From Candidatus Nanopusillus acidilobi (GTDB lineage: Archaea > Nanobdellota > Nanobdellia > Nanobdellales > Nanobdellaceae), in NCBI GenBank assembly GCA_001552015.1, contig CP010514.1, positions 450,001 through 482,000 on the forward strand: 32,000 bases of DNA, read 5' to 3'. Under the pieces are notes generated by a model. That model was given only the letters and a program-made list of their open reading frames with translations. It was not told the origin of the DNA and did not search any database. A program made the position numbers and the translations under genes. How positions within the stretch are numbered: the first letter of the stretch is position 1; each line of letters starts with the position of its first letter. Below are positions 16,058-24,960 of this stretch, piece by piece.

Positions 16058-16183
16058 TTATTTTAATCTATAAGGTGAAACTATCCTACCAAATTTTCTA
16101 ATTGCTGCCCAAAAAGGTGGTCTCATAAATTTTCTTATTTCCCTGATTTTTCTTATTTTAACATTATAGTTCTTGAATACCAT
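16058..16183 (-). CDS. rpl39e: ribosomal protein L39e-like small ORF (41 aa), below the ORF-track cutoff
   Basis: My hand translation of the minus strand gives MVFKNYNVKIRKIREIRKFMRPPFWAAIRKFGRIVSPYRLK*. The basic N-terminus followed by RP-P-x-W...K.GR-V matches L39e (..LAKALKQNRRVPVWVIVKTRGRV..). It fills an otherwise empty 156-nt gap. Confidence 0.5.
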   Translation of the reverse strand: MVFKNYNVKIRKIREIRKFMRPPFWAAIRKFGRIVSPYRLK

Positions 16184-16213
16184 TATAATTCCTTAAATGA
16201 AAAAATTTTAAAA

Positions 16214-17005
16214 TTATAACAAAAAGAAAAAGCCTATAGATATAATTGTTAAAATTATGCTATGAATTATACCAGACTTTATAGTTCCCTTTGCAAGTTT
16301 TCCAATAACCAAACCTGTAAAAATTGCGTTAATTAATAATAGTAAAAAAGATAAGAACCTATATATATTTATTAATTCATAATATGATTCTTTATTAAAT
16401 GAGAAACCCAATGATTTTATATTAATTATTAAATAATATACTGCAATAATAGATAATAAAACTCCAAGATATAATCCATAATATGTATAGGTAGTAAGCT
16501 TTAGTTGAGATAATCTATCCTTTTTAATCATTTCTAAATTTCTTATACTTTCTGATAATGTATCTAATAAGTTACTTAAATCCCCACCACTTCTTAAAAC
16601 ATTATTTATATTTGATAAAACTTCAGATATTTCTAAATTATTTATCCTTTTTGCAGAATCATTTAATGCATCATAGAAAGTTTTTCCATATTCCATTTCA
16701 GAAATTATATACTTAATTTCTCTATTCAATCTTTTTCCATAATAATTATTTGATACACTCTTTAAAGCAACTGGCAATGGTTGTCCTATTTTTAAATAAT
16801 GTGATAGATCTCTTAAAAATAATGGAAAATTATTTACCATCTCTTCATACTCTAAATATTCTTGAAGATATTTTAATGAATAAATTAAATATAATAATAC
16901 AATTATTCCAATTTTAACAAATATATTAATATTTATTGGTAAGAATATGAAAAATATTGAAAAAACAGTTATTAAAGATATATATAATATGTCCTTTTTA
17001 TTCAT
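16214..17005 (-). CDS. type II secretion system F-domain membrane protein (FlaJ/TadC/PilC-like platform), single domain
   Basis: FPLFLRDLSHYLKIGQPLPVALKSVS...EMEYGKTFYDALNDSAKRI...LRSGGDLSNLLDTLSESIRN is a T2SSF domain flanked by TM helices. At 263 aa it is about half the size of archaeal FlaJ/PilC. Confidence 0.7.
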   Translation of the reverse strand: MNKKDILYISLITVFSIFFIFLPININIFVKIGIIVLLYLIYSLKYLQEYLEYEEMVNNFPLFLRDLSHYLKIGQPLPVALKSVSNNYYGKRLNREIKYIISEMEYGKTFYDALNDSAKRINNLEISEVLSNINNVLRSGGDLSNLLDTLSESIRNLEMIKKDRLSQLKLTTYTYYGLYLGVLLSIIAVYYLIINIKSLGFSFNKESYYELINIYRFLSFLLLLINAIFTGLVIGKLAKGTIKSGIIHSIILTIISIGFFFLL

Positions 17006-19288
17006 TTATAATTTTCTTATTTTGTCCAATAAAAGCTTTTTCTCCATCCTTGTTACTGTTTCTCTTACCAATTCTATTGCATCAACATTTACTGATATAG
17101 AATCTATACCGAGTTTTACCAATAGTTCTGCATAATCTGGTCTAGAACCAGCTTGTCCACATAATGATGTATATACTCCATATTTTCTACATATTTTTAT
17201 TACCCTTGATATTAATTTAACAACAGCAGGATGTCCCTCATCCATTAATTTTTGTACCATTTCATTATTCCTATCTACTCCTAATGTTAATTGAGTTAAA
17301 TCATTTGTTCCAAATGATATAAAATCTATACCAGCATTCTTAATTATATCTTCAATTGTTAATGCAGCAGCAGGTGTTTCTACCATTATTCCAAACTTTA
17401 TATCTTTTCCAGGTATTAATCCTTCACTTTTAATTATTTCTTTTGCTCTATATACCTCTTCCCATGATATTACAAATGGTAACATTACCCATAAATTATT
17501 TAATCCTTTTTCTTTTACTAATATTTTAAAAGCCTTTACTTGAGCTCTAAATAATTGTTCCTGATCTAAATCTCTCCTAATACCATGCCATCCCATCATT
17601 GGATTTGCCTCCTTTGGTTCTTTTTCTCCTCCCTCTAAATTCCTATATTCATCAGTCCTCATATCTAATGTCCTAACTATTACTGGTTTTGGATACATAA
17701 TTCTTAATATTTCTTCTAATCTCTCTACTAACATATTTGTAAATTCATCTAACTTATTATTATCTAAATACCATCTTGGATGCTTTCTATTTCTTAATAC
17801 CAAGAATTCCATCCTTAACAATCCTATACCATCTACCAAATCTTTTACTTTACTTACAGTTTCCGGATAATCAGCAATTGCCATAATTTTTGTAGCTGTA
17901 ATTTCTAATGGAGTAGATTTTACTATTTTCTTTGCAATTTCCTTTTTAGTTAATTCTCCCAATTTTACTTCTCCTTCATATACAACACCATGTGTTCCAT
18001 CTACAGTTATAACCATTCCATCTTTTAATATTTTGGTTGCATCTTTTGTTCCAACAACCGCAGGTTTACCCAATTCTCTTGAAACAATTGCAGCATGCGA
18101 TAAATGTCCACCTTCATCTGTAACTATTGCAGAAGCCTTTGCCATTAATGGTTCATAATCTGGATTTGTCATTACAGTGACTAATACATCCCCTTCTTCA
18201 AATTTATCAAATTCTTCTGGAGATAATATTATTTTTACTTTTCCAGTACCAACACCAGGAGATGCAGCAATACCTCTTAATAATACTTTTTCACCTTTTA
18301 CTTCTAATTCTTCCTTCTTTGTTTTCTTAATTGTTGTTATATTTCTTGTTTGTACAATATATACGCCACTATCATCAATTGCAAATTCTATATCCTGTGG
18401 ATTTCCATAATGTTGTTCTAATATTTTTCCATAATTTGCCAATTTTTTCACTTCATCATCAGATAATACTCTTGCATTCTTTAATTCATTTGGAACCTCT
18501 ACTTCTTTTGTAAATGAATCTGGATCATATACTGTCATAACTTTCTTTTCATTTATTTTTACTTCTAATATATTTAATGTATTCTTATCTACAATATATT
18601 CATCTGGTATTACTTCTCCAGAAACAATTGCTTCTCCTAAGCCCCAGGAAGATTCAATTACTATTTTTGATAAATCATTTTTAATTGGATCTGCAGTAAA
18701 CATAACACCAGATTTTTTTGAGAATATCTGTTTTTGTATTACAACACATAAAGCTACTTTAGTTTGCTCAAATCCCATAGTTTCTCTATAATTAATTGCT
18801 CTTGCTGTCCATAAAGATGCCCAGCATTTTTTAACAGCATCCAATAATTTATCTTCGCCTTTTACATTTAGATATGTAGCCTGTTGACCTGCAAAAGAAG
18901 CATTTGGCAAATCTTCTGCAGTCGCTGATGATCTTACAGCAACAAATATTGGTTCATTTCCAAACATGCTTGATAATTTTCTATAATTTTCTAATATTTC
19001 ATTCTTTAAATCATCTGGAATATTTCCTTTTATAAATAATTCTTGTATTTGGCTGGCTGCTTTTCTCAATTGTGTTGGATTATTTACATCAATTGATTTT
19101 AATATTTCTTCCATTTTATTTTTTATTCCATTGTACTCAACAAATTTCCAATAACCTTCTGCAGTTATAGCAAATCCCGGAGGAACTGGAATACCTATTT
19201 TTGTCATTTCTCCCAAATTTGCAGCTTTTCCACCAACAATATTTACATCATTTTTAGATAGTTCATTAAACCACTTTATATATACCAT
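17006..19288 (-). CDS. ppsA: phosphoenolpyruvate synthase (pyruvate, water dikinase)
   Basis: The N-terminus reads WFNELSKNDVNIVGGKAANLGEM. The phosphohistidine loop is TDEGGHLSHAAIVSRELGKPAVVG. The C-terminal PEP-utilising TIM barrel carries GTNDLTQ and CGQAGS. The length is 760 aa. Confidence 0.95.
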   Translation of the reverse strand: MVYIKWFNELSKNDVNIVGGKAANLGEMTKIGIPVPPGFAITAEGYWKFVEYNGIKNKMEEILKSIDVNNPTQLRKAASQIQELFIKGNIPDDLKNEILENYRKLSSMFGNEPIFVAVRSSATAEDLPNASFAGQQATYLNVKGEDKLLDAVKKCWASLWTARAINYRETMGFEQTKVALCVVIQKQIFSKKSGVMFTADPIKNDLSKIVIESSWGLGEAIVSGEVIPDEYIVDKNTLNILEVKINEKKVMTVYDPDSFTKEVEVPNELKNARVLSDDEVKKLANYGKILEQHYGNPQDIEFAIDDSGVYIVQTRNITTIKKTKKEELEVKGEKVLLRGIAASPGVGTGKVKIILSPEEFDKFEEGDVLVTVMTNPDYEPLMAKASAIVTDEGGHLSHAAIVSRELGKPAVVGTKDATKILKDGMVITVDGTHGVVYEGEVKLGELTKKEIAKKIVKSTPLEITATKIMAIADYPETVSKVKDLVDGIGLLRMEFLVLRNRKHPRWYLDNNKLDEFTNMLVERLEEILRIMYPKPVIVRTLDMRTDEYRNLEGGEKEPKEANPMMGWHGIRRDLDQEQLFRAQVKAFKILVKEKGLNNLWVMLPFVISWEEVYRAKEIIKSEGLIPGKDIKFGIMVETPAAALTIEDIIKNAGIDFISFGTNDLTQLTLGVDRNNEMVQKLMDEGHPAVVKLISRVIKICRKYGVYTSLCGQAGSRPDYAELLVKLGIDSISVNVDAIELVRETVTRMEKKLLLDKIRKL

Positions 19289-19346
19289 AAAAAATTAGAG
19301 AAATGTTGATCTTTATAAAAATTAAAGGACCACTAAAAAATAAAGA

Positions 19347-20951
19347 CTACGAAACTACTTCAATTTCTTCACTTTGAGCTTCTAAATTATTATTATATTT
19401 TGATTCTGATTCATTATGTCTTATTTTTCCATATTCCTTTGCAAGATATATTATTTCTGCATATTTCTCTGCAAGCTCTTCTGGATCAACTTCCTTTTCT
19501 AGCATTTCTATTGCTTTCTTATTTACATATTCATCATACTTTCCATTCTTAATTTCTTCAATAATTCTCTTAGTTAGATTAACGAGATCCTCATATGTTC
19601 TAAATGCTGTTTGATCATTTAGATATCCCTCTTCTTTTAATTCTTTTAATCCATCAACATCTCTATATATTGCTAAGAGTTTTCCAAATATAATAGCCTC
19701 TAAAGTAGAGAGACCATATGATTCTAAATATGTTGGATTAATATATATTGTTGAGTTTAATTCTCCGAGCGCTTTTAATAATCCTATATAATATAAAGGA
19801 TATTCATGCAAAGAATTACCCAAAGCCTTGCTATATATATCAACTTCCCCTCTTCCATATTTATTTACAATTTCTTCTAATTTTTTATATTCTTCAGTAT
19901 CTTCTCCAAAATCTGGAGAAATAATTATTAATCTTACATCTTCACCTTCTTTAACTAAATCTTCAAACAGCCTTATTATATCATCAATTCCTTTCTCTTT
20001 TGATCTTCTCCCTACATAAAGCAAATTTATATTATTGCCTTTGTTATACAGATTCAAATAATATTTTTTATATTCTTCTATCTCATTTCTATAATACTTA
20101 TCTAATGTTATCATGTACATAGGCTCATGTAAAGCTATTCTTTTCTTAATATTTGATCCACTAACATTTTTTATGAATCTACTATTAGAATCACTAACAA
20201 TATATGTAGGAAACATACTAATTACATTTTCTGATTCAGTAAGCTTAGTAAATGTATATATATACTTCTTTACTTCATCTAACCACCAAGAATATTTTTC
20301 TCTAAATTCTATGGCTTCTTCAGTATTAGAATTCGATAAATATTCTATTATATCTATTAATTCTTTTTGATCTCTATCATCCATATAGCTTCTAATTAAT
20401 TTTCTATTAAGTAATGAATATATTTTATTCTTGGTTCTTTCACTTATATTTTTTAATCTACCAGAATTCATAAATTCCACAAGATTATATAAGAAATTAC
20501 CAGGATAATCAGTATGAAACATTATCATATAAGCTCCATTATTAGATAATATTTTATCTAAATCTTCTTTCTTTTCAAAACTATCATTATAAATACCAAA
20601 ACCAACACTAGTAATAAATTTAAAATCTGAACTAGATAACTCATTTAATATATCGTCCAATCCAATTCTTTCAGATATACCATCATAATTTTTATTAGCA
20701 AGCCCTATAATTCTCTTTATATCTTTATTTTTATATATTCCATATAATTCATTAAAATCAACTTTAAAATATTCTACTTTACCATAAGGATTATATACCA
20801 TTACGTAAAAATCTATTTCAACATCCCCTAATTTATTTTTAAATAATTCAAGTAATTCATATAATCTTAAAAAAGATAATGAAGCACCAATAGAAAAAAT
20901 TTTAACACCCGAATCCCACCTATGATCTAATAATACTGCTAATTTTTTCAT
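19347..20951 (-). CDS. GT-B glycosyltransferase (GT4-like C-terminal domain) with a long unassigned N-terminal region
   Basis: The C-terminal part has YINPTYLESYGLSTLEAIIFGKLLAIY, the E-x7-E motif of retaining GT4 enzymes. The N-terminal ~290 aa were not assigned. Confidence 0.65.
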   Translation of the reverse strand: MKKLAVLLDHRWDSGVKIFSIGASLSFLRLYELLELFKNKLGDVEIDFYVMVYNPYGKVEYFKVDFNELYGIYKNKDIKRIIGLANKNYDGISERIGLDDILNELSSSDFKFITSVGFGIYNDSFEKKEDLDKILSNNGAYMIMFHTDYPGNFLYNLVEFMNSGRLKNISERTKNKIYSLLNRKLIRSYMDDRDQKELIDIIEYLSNSNTEEAIEFREKYSWWLDEVKKYIYTFTKLTESENVISMFPTYIVSDSNSRFIKNVSGSNIKKRIALHEPMYMITLDKYYRNEIEEYKKYYLNLYNKGNNINLLYVGRRSKEKGIDDIIRLFEDLVKEGEDVRLIIISPDFGEDTEEYKKLEEIVNKYGRGEVDIYSKALGNSLHEYPLYYIGLLKALGELNSTIYINPTYLESYGLSTLEAIIFGKLLAIYRDVDGLKELKEEGYLNDQTAFRTYEDLVNLTKRIIEEIKNGKYDEYVNKKAIEMLEKEVDPEELAEKYAEIIYLAKEYGKIRHNESESKYNNNLEAQSEEIEVVS

Positions 20952-20966
20952 TTTTCAGTTTTTTAA

Positions 20967-21992
20967 CTATGGTGATATTTGAGTTGGTTGCTGACCTGGT
21001 TGTTGATTTTGAGGTATTATTACAAATGGTTGAGGTGGAGGTACCAATCGATTACCTTGTTGTGCTTGTTGTCCTAATGGATTACCTTGTCCTCCTGCTC
21101 CTAGAGGTGCTAATGGAAGATTTTGTCCTTGAGGCTGTCGAGGTTGATTACCTTGTCCTGCTGGTTGCTGGGCTGCTTGTTGAGGAGGTTGTTGCAATGC
21201 TTGACCTATGTAACTGCCAATTTTTTTGTACATTTCATTAAATGTATTATTGTATAATCCTATTTGACCCAATTTATTCAATATTAATGCTACTGCTTCT
21301 GGAATTTGTACTTTTGAATACATTGAATATATTGATCCTTCCATAGTAGATAAGAATGTTTCATTCAATGTAGACATTAATCTAGTTGAAGATTCTAATA
21401 ATGATATATTTGGAGTCTTAGATATTATATATGATCCTATTAGATTTGTTACCCCACTATATGCACCATACAATGTTGAAGCATATTTATCTAGATTTGC
21501 CATAATTTCTGACTTTGTTACATTCTTTCCTATTGAATTATAATATTGAGATAATGATTCTGGTAATAATTCTGCAATTATATTTGCAATATTTTGTGCA
21601 TTCTCTCTTTCTTGTCTAGTAGCATATTCTCTTTTACCAGTAATTGGATCTGGATATCCTAATTTTTTAAGGCCTCTTATATACAATGTTGATAGTAAAG
21701 ATATATTAGAAAATGTACTGTTTCCAAATATATTTTGTTTATATATATTTCCCATATCCTTATATAATTGTGAAGGATCAATACCATCTTTAGTAGAATT
21801 AATATTAAATCCTTCAATTGTATATTTTAATGATTTATTTACTTTTGGGTCTAATTGCATCTCTATTTGTTTTGCAGTAGCTTGTAAAGTATCACTAAGA
21901 GAACTTATTACTGCATTGTATACGTCCTTACGTAAATTGTCATCTGTACTTAATTGATTAAATGCACTTTTAACAACATCGTCTAACGCCAT
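20967..21992 (-). CDS. hypothetical protein with a Gln/Pro/Gly-rich low-complexity C-terminal tail
   Basis: It is 341 aa with no signal peptide. The first ~260 aa are of ordinary composition. The last 78 aa contain about 24 Q, 16 P and 10 G (hand count), encoded by a locally G+C-rich stretch. Confidence 0.6.
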   Translation of the reverse strand: MALDDVVKSAFNQLSTDDNLRKDVYNAVISSLSDTLQATAKQIEMQLDPKVNKSLKYTIEGFNINSTKDGIDPSQLYKDMGNIYKQNIFGNSTFSNISLLSTLYIRGLKKLGYPDPITGKREYATRQERENAQNIANIIAELLPESLSQYYNSIGKNVTKSEIMANLDKYASTLYGAYSGVTNLIGSYIISKTPNISLLESSTRLMSTLNETFLSTMEGSIYSMYSKVQIPEAVALILNKLGQIGLYNNTFNEMYKKIGSYIGQALQQPPQQAAQQPAGQGNQPRQPQGQNLPLAPLGAGGQGNPLGQQAQQGNRLVPPPQPFVIIPQNQQPGQQPTQISP

Positions 21993-22074
21993 AGTATATA
22001 TATGTACATAAAGTTTTATAAACCTTTCACTATTTATATTAACTTACATATAATATTAAAAAAATTTATAAAGA

Positions 22075-22467
22075 TTACTTCTTTAACAATGTATCAAGTG
22101 CCTTTACTATTTCATCCATAATTTGCTTCCCTTCACCAGGTTCTATTATAGCAGCAGCAGATGCTTGTGTATTTATACCACAAGCCTGTCCCAATTTTTG
22201 TTTTGAAGAAACATATACATAAATTACTCCCTTTTCTTCACATAATGCTGGTATATGCATTACTATTTCTGGAGGATCTACATCTAATGCAATTGCTACC
22301 AATTTTGCCTGTCCTCTATCTATTGCCTTTGTGGTTTCATTTACTCCCTTTCTAACTTTTCCACTTTGTTTTGCTTTTTCAAATAATTCATATACCTTTG
22401 CTTCATAATTTTGTATAAATGTATTCAATACATCTTCAGGCCATTTTACATATGGAGCTGTCATCAT
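22075..22467 (-). CDS. rpl7ae: ribosomal protein L7Ae (K-turn binding)
   Basis: [62 protein letters not shown] is the L7Ae/L30e core. Confidence 0.9.
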   Translation of the reverse strand: MMTAPYVKWPEDVLNTFIQNYEAKVYELFEKAKQSGKVRKGVNETTKAIDRGQAKLVAIALDVDPPEIVMHIPALCEEKGVIYVYVSSKQKLGQACGINTQASAAAIIEPGEGKQIMDEIVKALDTLLKK

Positions 22468-22517
22468 GATATCATCATTTGGATAAAAAATATCTTAAAA
22501 AAATATTTTATAAATCT

Positions 22518-22745
22518 TTAAAAATCACTCTGGTCCGAATCTTCAGATTCTCCAGTTGCAGCGGGTTCAGCAACTACATAAGTAGGACCAACTTTAACAA
22601 CTTTTACATTACCTTTCCAACCAACACTTACATTCTTTACAAAAGCTGCAACCCCCTTTATCCTAGCAAATCCATCTCCCCTTTGTGTCAAACTCTTTAT
22701 CTCTACCTCATATACATCTCCAACTTTTATTCCCCTAACAGCCAT
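22518..22745 (-). CDS. stand-alone TRAM domain protein
   Basis: VGDVYEVEIKSLTQRGDGFARIKGVAAFVKNVSVGWKGNVKVVKV is a TRAM fold signature. It has an acidic C-terminal tail. Confidence 0.8.
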   Translation of the reverse strand: MAVRGIKVGDVYEVEIKSLTQRGDGFARIKGVAAFVKNVSVGWKGNVKVVKVGPTYVVAEPAATGESEDSDQSDF

Positions 22746-22776
22746 TAATTAATATTAAAATAACTTATATATAAGT

Positions 22777-24681
22777 TTATTCTTTTTGTATATTTCTTCC
22801 TTTTTCAATTATCATATTTGTCTCATTATATATACTTTCAAGTACTTTCCTATAATCCTCTTTATTTTCAGAAATTCTATCCATAGTGTCTTCTAAATCT
22901 CTTGTTCTTTTCTCAGAAACAAAATTTCCAAAATTTTTTTCTAAAAAGTTATATACATCTATTCCTAATTTTGTTGGTATTAGATTATTGCTTTTATTTA
23001 TTACATAACCCCTCCCCATTACTTTCTTTACTATTATAGCATATGTTGATGGCCTTCCTATATCCTTTTCCTTCATTAAATTAATAATATCTGCTTGAGA
23101 ATATAATCTAACCTTTGGTACTTTTTTACCTACAGCTTCAATAATTTTTATTCCATTTTGTATTGGTTGTATTTTCATAATATTAATTCTAAATGGGAAT
23201 ATTAAATCCCATCCGTGATCTATTACATCCTTTACACCACTTAATTCAATTTCTTTATTTATTTCTGGTATTTTTATCTTTTCTGTATATTTAATTACAG
23301 AAACAGGTTTCATTTGCGATTGAATAAATCTAGTAAATATTAAATCATAAATTATATAATGATATTTTGTCATATTAATATATATATCAATTTCTCCATT
23401 TTCTATTGAATTTCTTAACATATCTACATCCAAAGGTCTTGTAGGTCTAATTGCTTCATGTGCTCCACCCTCTCCCCAAGACCTTGCTATAAAATAATTT
23501 TCCCCAAATTTTTGACTTATATAATCCTTTGCAATTGATATACCCAAAGGAGATATTCTTGTAGAATCTGTTCTATGATAAGTTATTAATGCAGATTCAA
23601 ATAGTTCTTGTAATATTTGCATTATTCTATCCACACCAATTTTTAATATATTATTTGCATCCTGTAAAATTGTACTAGTAATATATGGAGGTAAAGGTTG
23701 CATTTCTTCTTTTTCCTCTTTATAATCAACTATATTTATTTCTTTATCCTTTATATTCTTTATAATTTTGTTTATTTCTCTTCTATTTTTTACTTCAGTA
23801 TCAATATATAATTTTCTATCATTTTCCAATTTTAATTCTAAAATATATGATTTAGATTTATTTCTTTCATCAAATCTATTGATTATCCAACCAAGAACAG
23901 GAGTCTGTACTCTTCCAGCAGATAACCAATTTTTATTAAAATATTTTTGAACAATTTGAGATAAGCTAAATCCCAACCATCTATCTTCAATTCTTCTAAC
24001 AACCTGGGATTTTACTAAATTTAAATCTATATCTCTTAAATTTTCTAAAGCATTTAATATTGCTGTTTTTGTAACTTCATGAAATTCTGCTCTTTTAATA
24101 TTCCTATTAAATGGATATAATACTAAATATAAAGAATATGCAATCATTTCACCCTCTGTATCTGGATCTGTTCCAATTATAATTTGATCAACCTCCATGG
24201 CTAATTCTTGTAAAGCTTTTATCCTATTTATTGAATCATCAATATTAGTAGAACCACAATATGGGCATTTTCCATCTTTATATTCAGTAAATTGGTTTCC
24301 ACAGGATAAACATTTTTTAATTGTATTATAATATGGATAGAATACACCATCCTTTCTTTCTATACCAAATAAACCAATATTATCTGTTGTTAATTCTAAA
24401 ATATGACCCTTTGATGCTGTAATTAATAAATACATATTTCCTAAAGAAACTTCATAAACCTTTAATCCACCAATATTTCTTATTGATGGCCTTCCAAAAA
24501 ATGAAGAAATTGTTTTTACTTTATTTGGTGATTCTACAATAAATAAAACAACCTTCATTAATTCTTTTTGTTCCTTATATATTTTTCCAGCTTTTATATC
24601 CTTAATTAATTGTCTTTCCTTTTCTATTTCATTTTTTAACTCTTTTATATTTAGTTCTGAAAATTCTTTAAAAATATACAT
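22777..24681 (-). CDS. rgy: reverse gyrase, topoisomerase IA subunit encoded without the helicase domain
   Basis: The TOPRIM motif is VLFIVESPNKVKTISSFFGRPS, with GHILEL nearby. An inserted Zn finger reads CLSCGNQF..CPYCGS. Also present are IIGTDPDTEGEMIAYS, RAEFHEVTKTAI, SAGRVQTPVLGWI, the active-site Tyr in ITYHRTDSTRIS, and AHEAIRPT. Only ~44 aa precede TOPRIM. The upstream neighbours are aEF-1beta and a Zn-ribbon gene, not a helicase. Confidence 0.85.
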   Translation of the reverse strand: MYIFKEFSELNIKELKNEIEKERQLIKDIKAGKIYKEQKELMKVVLFIVESPNKVKTISSFFGRPSIRNIGGLKVYEVSLGNMYLLITASKGHILELTTDNIGLFGIERKDGVFYPYYNTIKKCLSCGNQFTEYKDGKCPYCGSTNIDDSINRIKALQELAMEVDQIIIGTDPDTEGEMIAYSLYLVLYPFNRNIKRAEFHEVTKTAILNALENLRDIDLNLVKSQVVRRIEDRWLGFSLSQIVQKYFNKNWLSAGRVQTPVLGWIINRFDERNKSKSYILELKLENDRKLYIDTEVKNRREINKIIKNIKDKEINIVDYKEEKEEMQPLPPYITSTILQDANNILKIGVDRIMQILQELFESALITYHRTDSTRISPLGISIAKDYISQKFGENYFIARSWGEGGAHEAIRPTRPLDVDMLRNSIENGEIDIYINMTKYHYIIYDLIFTRFIQSQMKPVSVIKYTEKIKIPEINKEIELSGVKDVIDHGWDLIFPFRINIMKIQPIQNGIKIIEAVGKKVPKVRLYSQADIINLMKEKDIGRPSTYAIIVKKVMGRGYVINKSNNLIPTKLGIDVYNFLEKNFGNFVSEKRTRDLEDTMDRISENKEDYRKVLESIYNETNMIIEKGRNIQKE

Positions 24682-24959
24682 TATAATTGGGCCAGAGATA
24701 CAGAAATAACTTCAGAACTACTTACTCCTTCTATACTATTTATTTGATTTAATAATTCTTCCTCTTTAAATTCCTGATCTGGATATAAAAATTTAACATT
24801 TAAAGAATTTAATCCAAATGCTATTGGCTGTATTTCATGAGATAAATATTGGCCCCCAAAATTTTTTATTATATCCTTTACTTTTTCATTTATTTTTTCT
24901 AAATCTACATCAACATCACTTGGAGATATTTTTAATGTTATAACTACATATCTTACCAT
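24681..24959 (-). CDS. ef1b: translation elongation factor aEF-1 beta
   Basis: MVRYVVITLKISPSDVDVDLEKINEKVKDII...IQPIAFGLNSLNVKFLY...IEGVSSSEVISVSL matches aEF-1beta. I prefer the ATG at 24959 (92 aa, no overlap with the upstream gene) over the ORF-track start at 24980. Its stop overlaps the rgy ATG as TAATG. Confidence 0.85.
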   Translation of the reverse strand: MVRYVVITLKISPSDVDVDLEKINEKVKDIIKNFGGQYLSHEIQPIAFGLNSLNVKFLYPDQEFKEEELLNQINSIEGVSSSEVISVSLAQL

Positions 24960-24960
24960 T

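Noticed and set aside
16947-20370. Plus-strand ORFs 16947..17135, 18177..18410, 18331..18513, 19828..20019 and 20113..20370.
   Set aside because: All lie antisense to the T2SSF, ppsA and GT4 genes. They are Ser/Phe/Ile-rich shadow ORFs.
20969-21241. Plus-strand ORF of 90 aa opposite the Q/P-rich tail.
   Set aside because: It is an antisense artefact of the locally G+C-rich, stop-poor CAA/CCA/GGT repeat coding. The minus-strand ORF is continuous with a 260-aa ordinary-composition domain.
22479-22748. Plus-strand 89-aa ORF overlapping the TRAM gene.
   Set aside because: The minus-strand product has a clear TRAM domain signature. The plus-strand translation is low-complexity with no recognisable motif.
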